63,892 bases of DNA from IMG/VR virus record IMGVR_UViG_3300047552_000880, positions 62,001 to 125,892 of that record; one strand, 5' to 3'. Every line of letters starts with the position of its first letter. Position 1 is the stretch's first letter. Origin of the DNA: an uncultured virus (IMG/VR IMGVR_UViG_3300047552_000880). Taxonomy: Duplodnaviria; Heunggongvirae; Uroviricota; Caudoviricetes. Made by a program: the position numbers and the translations under genes. Positions 45,532 to 52,960 of the stretch are shown here, one piece after another. The notes under the pieces are model-generated. The model made no database searches. It was not told the origin of the DNA and saw only the letters and a list, made by a program, of their open reading frames with translations.

Positions 45532-47238
45532 ATGACAAAAATTCTACGTGAACAACATATCATTGATGCATACAATTTTCTTGGATTCTCTCCCCGAGAT
45601 TCTCAGATGAAGATTGTTGATAACATCGTTCATTCCTTTCTTGATAAGAAGAAAAGGAATGTTATTCTATCTGCGCCAACAGGATCAGGTAAATCTATTA
45701 TCGCGGCAGTGGTCGCAAGAGTTCTGGATACCATAACTAATGGTAATGGTCAGTCTGCTATTTTCATGTCCAGTACCAACGCGCTTGTAAACCAATACGC
45801 GGATACATTCAATCATCACAACGAATCTGAGTTCTTCCGTATCAAGGGAGCCTCAAATTATCCTTGCAACTATTTCATTAGTAAGGGCAATACGACTGCA
45901 ACAGGAGAAGAATGCGCCAAGAATGATCTTGATGTTATGGAGCAGACTCATTTCTGTAATAAATGCTCATATGACAAGGCAAAGGGGCTTGCAAAGACAA
46001 CGAACAACCTGATCACAAATTATGCGTTGTTCATGACTTCTGCGACCACGAATCGAACCCATTGCTCTCGTAATCTTCAGGTGTTTGATGAAGCGCATTT
46101 GATCAATGATGTTTATTGTGAGTTTGTTGCTGTTACCATTGATGTGACGAATTTGGATGCTATCATCAAAATTTTGAACAATCTGGCATCAAAATTTTCT
46201 TCTCATGTTGATGCCATTCAAGGTATTCGCGCAGAGATACAAAACCAGATGGTTACGGATAGTAACTATATCAAATTCTTTGATCGAGCAAGAAGTATAT
46301 TTACAGAAACTGCAAAGGAAGCCGCAAGACTTGCTGATCTACATACGGATGTAAGAGAGAAAGCCAGATATTTGAAAATCTCTAAGCGAGTCGCAAACAT
46401 CGCTCACAAAATCAAAGAGTTTCTTAAAAACGATTACGAACATGTTTTTGATAACTCTACTGTTGGTATAGTAAGTGTTAAACCGATTTTCGTTTCAGAA
46501 ATGATGGAAGCCTTGTTAGGTAAATACAACCTGTTTATGTCAGCAACACTTTCAGTTGATTTTGCTGCAACGACAATGAATCTCGATCCAGACGAAACGG
46601 ATTATATTGATGTTGGGGTAGTATTTCCGCCAGAGAATCTTCCGCTGTTCTTTGTTGGTACAACTGCCCTGAATTATCATCAGATGCAGATGCCCGAGAC
46701 TTTCGTGAACCTTGGTAAATTGTGTGCCAATATCATTGCTTCACATGGAAACGACAAAGGAATCATTTTGACGCCTTCCTTTGCTGTTACGAAGAAGATT
46801 GTTGACAACCTCGGTCGGTTTAAGAGCATATATTCGAAAAACTCCGATGTTAAGATATTCGAACATCAGTCAGGTAAGCAGGCATCAGAGATAGTCACTG
46901 AATTCAAAGAATATGAGGGCGCAGCGGTTCTGTTGTCGCCTTCTATCTTTGAGGGAATTGATTTTGCTGATGATCATAGTCGGTATCAGATCATCCTAAA
47001 AACACCTTTCGCGAGCCTTGGTGACAAGAGAATGTCAAAGATCGCAAAAGATTACCCTGAAATATATCGTTCAATTGGTCTACTTAAAATTATTCAGGGC
47101 ATCGGTAGAAGTGTTCGCAGTAGCACAGATACCGCCGCTACATATTTCACTGACAAGAGCAGTGAAACATTGTATAATTCTAAACTGAACATCTGGAAAA
47201 ATCGATTTAGTGTCCAGTACAGTAGTTCAACTCGTTAA
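45532..47238 (+). CDS. DinG/XPD-family helicase
   Basis: APTGSGKS, KGASNYPC Fe-S-type cysteines, DEAH, SATL, EGIDF and QGIGRSVR motifs. Confidence 0.88.
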   Translation: MTKILREQHIIDAYNFLGFSPRDSQMKIVDNIVHSFLDKKKRNVILSAPTGSGKSIIAAVVARVLDTITNGNGQSAIFMSSTNALVNQYADTFNHHNESEFFRIKGASNYPCNYFISKGNTTATGEECAKNDLDVMEQTHFCNKCSYDKAKGLAKTTNNLITNYALFMTSATTNRTHCSRNLQVFDEAHLINDVYCEFVAVTIDVTNLDAIIKILNNLASKFSSHVDAIQGIRAEIQNQMVTDSNYIKFFDRARSIFTETAKEAARLADLHTDVREKARYLKISKRVANIAHKIKEFLKNDYEHVFDNSTVGIVSVKPIFVSEMMEALLGKYNLFMSATLSVDFAATTMNLDPDETDYIDVGVVFPPENLPLFFVGTTALNYHQMQMPETFVNLGKLCANIIASHGNDKGIILTPSFAVTKKIVDNLGRFKSIYSKNSDVKIFEHQSGKQASEIVTEFKEYEGAAVLLSPSIFEGIDFADDHSRYQIILKTPFASLGDKRMSKIAKDYPEIYRSIGLLKIIQGIGRSVRSSTDTAATYFTDKSSETLYNSKLNIWKNRFSVQYSSSTR

Positions 47239-47247
47239 AGGAAAAAC

Positions 47248-47625
47248 ATGACAAATGAAAAATTCGTATACCAAACTGATACGACAGGAGTGGTTTACTC
47301 TACACCAACGACTGGAATCAATTACGGTATTCCGAAACCCGTTATCACAGCCCCGGTTATCAACACAAAAATAGAATTGCGAACCGAGGCGCGTAAACAC
47401 AATCATTATTTCAAAGATGTGTCGAAGCTACAAACAATTGATGTTTATCGTGTATTGTCTCTATTCAATGTGACCGATCCGTGTATTCAACATGCAGTAA
47501 AGAAATTGCTTGTTGCTGGCGGTCGCGGCGCAGGAAAAGATATCAAGCGCGATATCAAAGAGGCAATCGATACATTGAGCCGTTGGGTAGAAATGCAGGG
47601 CGAAAATGAATCACGTAATGGTTGA
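47248..47625 (+). CDS. Conserved phage hypothetical protein
   Basis: IDVYRVL...HAVKKLL.AGGRGAGKD motif widespread in phages. Confidence 0.7.
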   Translation: MTNEKFVYQTDTTGVVYSTPTTGINYGIPKPVITAPVINTKIELRTEARKHNHYFKDVSKLQTIDVYRVLSLFNVTDPCIQHAVKKLLVAGGRGAGKDIKRDIKEAIDTLSRWVEMQGENESRNG

Positions 47626-48127
47626 TATCGAAACAATGGACGTAGTACCAACTGCTGCCATTGTCTCAATCGGTGCTGTCAAATTTGACACTAATACAGG
47701 TGAGTTAGGTGAAACTTTTAAAGTCAACCTAGATATCACGGAACAAAAGAAACTTGGGTTATCTTTCAGTAACTCTACTGTTGAATGGTGGAAAGAACAG
47801 CCGCCAGAAGTATGGAAGGGAATTCGTGAGAATTCCGTTTCGATCACAGAAGGTATGGAACGTTTCAAAAATTTCTGTGGAAAATCTGAGTTCTATTGGG
47901 GTAATGGCGCTGGTTTCGACATGCCAATTATTCGTAATGCGTGTCATGTTATTGGTATGGAACCTTGGTGGAAATACTATAATCTTATGTGTTATCGAAC
48001 CCTAATCAATCTTCATGGGTTGGATAACAAAAAACTCTCGGCAGGTCGAGAAGGATACCACGACTCTGTTTCTGATGCTATTTTTCAGGCAGAGACTTTA
48101 TTGAAAATTATGAAAGGTGAACTGTAA
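47606..48127 (+). CDS. DEDD 3'-5' exonuclease (DexA/exonuclease VIII-like)
   Basis: VMVDIETM, SIGAVKF, WGNGAGFD and HDSVSDA motifs. Confidence 0.85.
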   Translation: MNHVMVDIETMDVVPTAAIVSIGAVKFDTNTGELGETFKVNLDITEQKKLGLSFSNSTVEWWKEQPPEVWKGIRENSVSITEGMERFKNFCGKSEFYWGNGAGFDMPIIRNACHVIGMEPWWKYYNLMCYRTLINLHGLDNKKLSAGREGYHDSVSDAIFQAETLLKIMKGEL

Positions 48128-48576
48128 TGACAAATTTTGATCGCGTATCTAGTTGGTTGGAAACCGCTGGTAAAGAGCGCAACCAAACAAACTTCTCTGT
48201 TCAATGTGGTGTTCACATCGAAGAATTCTGTGAATTCCTAACTGAGATTGATGTTCAGGATACTGTATCTAACGATCAATTGGTTACAGCAATTGCTGTT
48301 CTTTCTACGGTTGCGAATCGTTTGAAGAAAGAAGGCGCACAGGTTGATATTAGAAATCGTCTGAATCTGTTAGATGCCCTTTGTGACACTGATGTTACTG
48401 GTAATGGCGTTGCATATTTCGCTGGTTTCAATAAGAACGGCGCGGATAAGGAAGTGCTAGATTCCAATGACAGTAAATTTGAAGATGGTAAGGCTGTCAT
48501 TCTTCCGGGCGGTAAAATCGGCAAGGGGAAAAATTATAAAGCGCCTGACCTAACAAATTTTGTTTGGTTGGAATGA
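48127..48576 (+). CDS. MazG-like nucleotide pyrophosphohydrolase
   Basis: EEFCE, LDALCD, EVLDSNDSK and GKIGKG..Y..PDL motifs. Confidence 0.82.
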   Translation: MTNFDRVSSWLETAGKERNQTNFSVQCGVHIEEFCEFLTEIDVQDTVSNDQLVTAIAVLSTVANRLKKEGAQVDIRNRLNLLDALCDTDVTGNGVAYFAGFNKNGADKEVLDSNDSKFEDGKAVILPGGKIGKGKNYKAPDLTNFVWLE

Positions 48577-48596
48577 TTCTGTGATATAATTCATTC

Positions 48597-48824
48597 ATGG
48601 AAAAAATTCTCTCACAAATTCTGTATCTTCACGATCCTTGCAACATTGCTTATGCCGAGGATGAATATGATGTTATTGCGAGGATGACTCTTTGTGTGAT
48701 GTTCAAACGTCGCATTAAATTGTCTGCCGCGTTCAAGAACGTGGTGAGAAAATATGTCTATAAAGGCATAGAAGTTAAAAACATGGATAAAGTAGATGCA
48801 GAGTTTTATTCAATTTGTAAATGA
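48597..48824 (+). CDS. Hypothetical protein
   Basis: 75 aa with DP...DEYD; preceded by an extended -10 element. Confidence 0.55.
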   Translation: MEKILSQILYLHDPCNIAYAEDEYDVIARMTLCVMFKRRIKLSAAFKNVVRKYVYKGIEVKNMDKVDAEFYSICK

Positions 48825-49161
48825 AGCCAACCTCAATAAACTGTATATCAATGGATGGACAGTTTATTCTTATGGTCACTCAAAGGATCGCTCAAATGAG
48901 CGTAGAAATGAATTTGAATACCCTGAATGGAAACATTTACATAACAAGGCAACTGAATACATCAACAAAAATAAACTTGATGACGGTGAACATCTTTTCT
49001 ATTCTAGGCTGAAGCGGCAGGGGTATGTCGCTCGACTTGCGAACAAGAATAGGCAGTTACATTTGATTACTGTCTTACCTGAAGGTAGTTCAAGAGCAAA
49101 AGAAGGGACGCAAAAACACATCATTGAGTCCAAAGAGTATGATATAATCATCGTTGATTAA
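48796..49161 (+). CDS. Hypothetical protein with capsid-targeting-like N-terminus
   Basis: MQSFIQFVNEA; HSKDRSNER and LITVLP motifs. Confidence 0.6.
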   Translation: MQSFIQFVNEANLNKLYINGWTVYSYGHSKDRSNERRNEFEYPEWKHLHNKATEYINKNKLDDGEHLFYSRLKRQGYVARLANKNRQLHLITVLPEGSSRAKEGTQKHIIESKEYDIIIVD

Positions 49162-49166
49162 CAAAT

Positions 49167-49243
49167 GCGCCTGTAGCTCAGTTGGACAGAGCAACAGCCT
49201 TCTAAGCTGTGGGTCAGAGGTTCGAATCCTCTCAGGCGCACCA
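49167..49243 (+). tRNA. tRNA-Arg(UCU)
   Basis: Cloverleaf: gcgcctg/caggcgc acceptor, anticodon loop cttctaa, GTTCGAATC, encoded CCA. Confidence 0.96.
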
Positions 49244-49269
49244 ATTTTAGTAATGAAAGTGAGTGAAAT

Positions 49270-49929
49270 ATGCAATTGAGCAAACAAACCATTGAAGTCC
49301 TTAAAAACTTCGCCTCTATTAACCAGAACATTCTGATCCGTGCTGGCAACAAACTGACAACTCGGACAGTTGCTAAGAATATCTATGTAGAGGCAACTGT
49401 TCCTGATACATTTGAACAGGAATTTGGTATCTATAATCTGAGCGAGTTTCTTGGTATCACTACTCTGTTTAGTGAGCCTGTATTTGAGTTGTCAGATTCC
49501 TGTGTCTATATCTCTCAGGGAAAGAATCGAGTTCAATACATGTTCGCTTCACCAGAAGTTTTGGACTATCCCGATAAACCGATTCCTACTCTGGAAACCG
49601 ATGCCCAATTCTTGATGAATGAGGATGTTCTTAAGAGTCTGTTGAAGGCAGGCGCAGTTTTATCTAGTACAGACCTGCGTATTACTGGTGCAGATGGTAT
49701 TATCACTTGTACTGTTCTTGATCCAAAGAATCCTAGTAGTAATACATTCAGTGTCGAAGTCGGTACAACTGATCGAACATTTGACGTTTATATTAAACTG
49801 TCGAACCTGAAAATGCCAGCGGGTTCATATGATGTTCTTTTGACAAGCAAGCGGGTTGCCAATTTCAAGAACACTGCAATGGATTATTCTATCTTCATTG
49901 CAAACGAGAAAAATACTAGCTGGTCTTGA
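49270..49929 (+). CDS. gp45: Sliding clamp gp45
   Basis: LSKQTIEVLKNFASINQNI and FGIYNLSEFL motifs. Confidence 0.95.
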   Translation: MQLSKQTIEVLKNFASINQNILIRAGNKLTTRTVAKNIYVEATVPDTFEQEFGIYNLSEFLGITTLFSEPVFELSDSCVYISQGKNRVQYMFASPEVLDYPDKPIPTLETDAQFLMNEDVLKSLLKAGAVLSSTDLRITGADGIITCTVLDPKNPSSNTFSVEVGTTDRTFDVYIKLSNLKMPAGSYDVLLTSKRVANFKNTAMDYSIFIANEKNTSWS

Positions 49930-49934
49930 TTCTC

Positions 49935-50009
49935 TCGGGGATAGCTCAATGGTAGAGCAGGGAACTCATAATTCCTTGGTTGTCGGTTCGAGTCCGGCTC
50001 CCCGAACCA
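49935..50009 (+). tRNA. tRNA with CAU anticodon (Met or Ile2)
   Basis: tcgggga/tccccga acceptor, loop ctcataa, GTTCGAGTC, encoded CCA. Confidence 0.92.
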
Positions 50010-50022
50010 ATAAGGTTTAATT

Positions 50023-50958
50023 ATGTTAGAAAATTTAGTTTGGGAACAAAAGTACCGTCCCAAAAAAATTGATGATGTTATTCTTCCGGCAACTACAAAG
50101 AAGATGATTAAGGATTCCATTACTTCTGGTAAGGTTCCTAATTTTTTATTTGCTGGTTCTGCTGGAACAGGGAAGACGACAACTGCATATGCGATTGCAA
50201 ATGAGTTGGGCGCAGACATTCTGTTCATCAATGCTAGTCTTGAGGGAAACATGGATACTTTGCGAACAAAGATTTCGCAGTTTGTTAGTACAGTTTCTTT
50301 CACGGACTCCAAGAAGGTTGTGTTATTGGACGAGTGTGATTATCTGTCAACCTCTGGTGTGATGCCAGCTTTGCGCGGATTTCTTGATACATTTAGTGAC
50401 AACGCTATTTTCATCTTTACTTGTAACTATCCGAATCGTCTGATTGACCCTCTGTTGTCTCGCTTGACTCGCGTAGATTTCAAATTCAGTAAAGAAGAAA
50501 CTCAACCTGCCTGTGTTGGTATGTTGCGCCGTATTTGTCAGATTCTGGAAACAGAATCAGTTGAATATGACAAGAAAGCTGTTGCTTCTTTGGTAACAAG
50601 AAACTTTCCTGATTTTCGCCGTACTCTTGTTGATCTTCAGCGTTATTCAGCCGGTGGTGTGATTGATAGTGGGATTCTTGCTACAATCGATGAAACCGGA
50701 ATAGATACACTTGTGGATCACTTGCGTAACAAGAAATTCACTGAAGTGCGCCAGTGGATCGCAAATAACACAATGGATGCACAACACTTTTATCGGCTGT
50801 TCTATGATAAGGTTTCACCATATCTGGTTCCGATGAGTGTTCCTCAGATGATTTTGTTGATCGCTGATTCTGAATTCAAGGCTTCTCATAGTGTTGACCC
50901 CGAGATTAACCAAGTTGCTTTCTGTATTCAGTTCATGCAAAGCTGTGCATTCAAATGA
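50023..50958 (+). CDS. gp44: Clamp loader large subunit gp44
   Basis: WEQKYRP, GSAGTGKTT, LDECD, PLLSR and FPDFRR motifs. Confidence 0.96.
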   Translation: MLENLVWEQKYRPKKIDDVILPATTKKMIKDSITSGKVPNFLFAGSAGTGKTTTAYAIANELGADILFINASLEGNMDTLRTKISQFVSTVSFTDSKKVVLLDECDYLSTSGVMPALRGFLDTFSDNAIFIFTCNYPNRLIDPLLSRLTRVDFKFSKEETQPACVGMLRRICQILETESVEYDKKAVASLVTRNFPDFRRTLVDLQRYSAGGVIDSGILATIDETGIDTLVDHLRNKKFTEVRQWIANNTMDAQHFYRLFYDKVSPYLVPMSVPQMILLIADSEFKASHSVDPEINQVAFCIQFMQSCAFK

Positions 50959-51368
50959 GTAGCCCATTTGACTATATCAAGTCAGTGACTCAGACAAAGG
51001 AAGACCTGTTCACGAATGACGAGATATTCAAGAAAGAATATAACGCATTTATTGTGAACCGAGGTCTTTCTAATTCAGAGACAACTGCTCTATTTGCTGA
51101 TGCAATGAATCAACATCCTAATCTTGATCCATATCTTCAATATAAATTCTATTTGACCGGAATACCTAAAAGTAGAAATTATTCAAAATGGATTAAAAAA
51201 GAAGCGATAAATAAAGATGAAAATGAATTACAATTTATCGCAGAACAATTAAATGTATCCATAAAAAGGGCTTTAATTCTCCATGACCTAATTGGGTCAG
51301 AAAAGATTAAAGAATTGATTGACCTGCGAGGTGGCAAGGCAATCAATAATGGAAAACAAAAAATTTGA
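50955..51368 (+). CDS. gp62: Clamp loader small subunit gp62
   Basis: PFDYIKSV, YNAFIVNRGLS and SKWIK motifs; follows gp44. Confidence 0.9.
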   Translation: MSSPFDYIKSVTQTKEDLFTNDEIFKKEYNAFIVNRGLSNSETTALFADAMNQHPNLDPYLQYKFYLTGIPKSRNYSKWIKKEAINKDENELQFIAEQLNVSIKRALILHDLIGSEKIKELIDLRGGKAINNGKQKI

Positions 51369-51756
51369 AGATATCGGAGTACCTGTTAAACTTGGTAAGC
51401 CAGATGATTTTAATATTCTGATCGAAACGCTGTCTCGTATCGGTATCGCATCAAAGAAGACAAAGACTCTTTATCAGAGTTGTCATCTTCTGCATAAGAG
51501 GGGTGAATATAGAATCGTTCACTTCCTTGAAATGTTTGCTCTTGATGGAAAACCGACTTCTCTGACAGAAGATGATATTAAAAGAAGAAACACTATTGCC
51601 AAACTGATTGATCAATGGAAATTGGCAACTGTATTGGACAAGACGCTGATTGAAACTGCGCCAGTTACTGATATCAAGATCGTTCCGTTCAAAGAGAAAA
51701 AAGAATGGACACTGATCAGTAAATACACATTGGGTACAAAGAAACGTACTCACTAG
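51349..51756 (+). CDS. regA: Translational repressor RegA
   Basis: ETLSRIGIAS, LYQSCHLLHKRG, VHFLEMFALDGK and RRNTIA motifs. Confidence 0.95.
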   Translation: MENKKFEDIGVPVKLGKPDDFNILIETLSRIGIASKKTKTLYQSCHLLHKRGEYRIVHFLEMFALDGKPTSLTEDDIKRRNTIAKLIDQWKLATVLDKTLIETAPVTDIKIVPFKEKKEWTLISKYTLGTKKRTH

Positions 51757-51835
51757 AATTTGCTGCAATTGTGTAGCAAATACGATGATGCTTCGGGTCA
51801 TCGGTTAATTTTAAACTTGCTTTATGGAGTTAAAA

Positions 51836-52270
51836 ATGTCAAAAATCAATTTCGCCACAGTTTTCCCTGATTATGTTGGTGGGCAACGCCTACTGGACAA
51901 GATCAATGAATTCTATGATGATGCAAAGAAAGCCACTTCCTTTCCGCCATATAACATCATTGAATCCGATGATGGTATGAAGTACACAGTTGAATTGGCT
52001 GTTGCTGGCTATAACAAGGATGAGTTACAGGTGAAGTATCAGGACAACAGTCTGATCATCACTGGTAACAAGGTGCAAACAACACTGTCGGTAACTGATA
52101 CCGAAACTTATTTGCATCGTGGTATCGCTTCACGCGACTTTACTCGAAAATTCTTGTTGGGCGATGATATCGTCATCGACTCGGTTAAGGTTGATAACGG
52201 GATTCTTACTGCAAAGATGACAAGAATCGTACCGGATGCTAAAAAACCACGTATAATCGATATCGCTTAA
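51836..52270 (+). CDS. hsp20: Small heat shock protein (Hsp20/IbpA)
   Basis: FPPYNI, ELAVAGY, YLHRGIASRDFTRKF and NGIL motifs. Confidence 0.93.
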   Translation: MSKINFATVFPDYVGGQRLLDKINEFYDDAKKATSFPPYNIIESDDGMKYTVELAVAGYNKDELQVKYQDNSLIITGNKVQTTLSVTDTETYLHRGIASRDFTRKFLLGDDIVIDSVKVDNGILTAKMTRIVPDAKKPRIIDIA

Positions 52271-52304
52271 CTGAATATCCCAAATAAATAAAGATTTGGG
52301 GTTC

Positions 52305-52529
52305 ATGATGGCTAAGAAACAAGACAACCTTGCTGATTTTTTGACTTCACATCCAACTGAGTTGATTAACAACAGGTTTCTTGTGAAAGCGTCTGTACTC
52401 AATACGGGCGCTTTCAAACCGACCATAATGCTAGTGATTTATGATCTTATTGAACGTAACTTCAAACTTACGTACTATAATGATGTTGATCTTGCTAGCA
52501 ACATGATCAAACTTTTGAAACAAACCTGA
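52305..52529 (+). CDS. Hypothetical protein
   Basis: Preceded by ATAAATA at 52284-52290. Confidence 0.55.
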   Translation: MMAKKQDNLADFLTSHPTELINNRFLVKASVLNTGAFKPTIMLVIYDLIERNFKLTYYNDVDLASNMIKLLKQT

Positions 52530-52542
52530 AAGAACCTTTATT

Positions 52543-52827
52543 ATGATGATCGAAACTTCTCAAGTAGTTATCCCTAGTGATCCAGCAACACAAAAACGCA
52601 TTCGCGATGCATGTGCCGAATTCTCTGCTTCCGCTACTCGTGTTGAGGGCGAGAAAGACTTTCAGAAAGAACTGATCAGTTCTCTGGCAGAAGACACCGA
52701 TCTTCCTAAGAAATACCTTCGTAAGCTCTGTGCTGTGTATCACAAACAGAATCTGGCAGAGGTCGAGGGCGATGCAGAAACAATTTCTGAGATTTACAAC
52801 AAAGTCTTTGGTGACGATGCCTCTTAA
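52543..52827 (+). CDS. dsbA: dsDNA-binding protein (T4 DsbA-like)
   Basis: EFSASATRVEGEKD...KYLRKLCAVYHKQN motif. Confidence 0.75.
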   Translation: MMIETSQVVIPSDPATQKRIRDACAEFSASATRVEGEKDFQKELISSLAEDTDLPKKYLRKLCAVYHKQNLAEVEGDAETISEIYNKVFGDDAS

Positions 52828-52922
52828 ACGCATTTAAACCAGTTTTGTGCCGTTTTCTGGACAAGTTGATACCAACACATAGGTAACAGCTAAAAACGGC
52901 TCTAATCGCTTTATAATCAATT
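52826..52922. repeat. Dispersed bipartite element, copy C (intergenic)
   Basis: aacgcatttaaaccagttttgtgccg...aaaacggctctaatcgctttata. Confidence 0.55.
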
Positions 52923-52960
52923 CGCTGTGCTTCAACTATCAGCACGGAAATGCGGAATCA

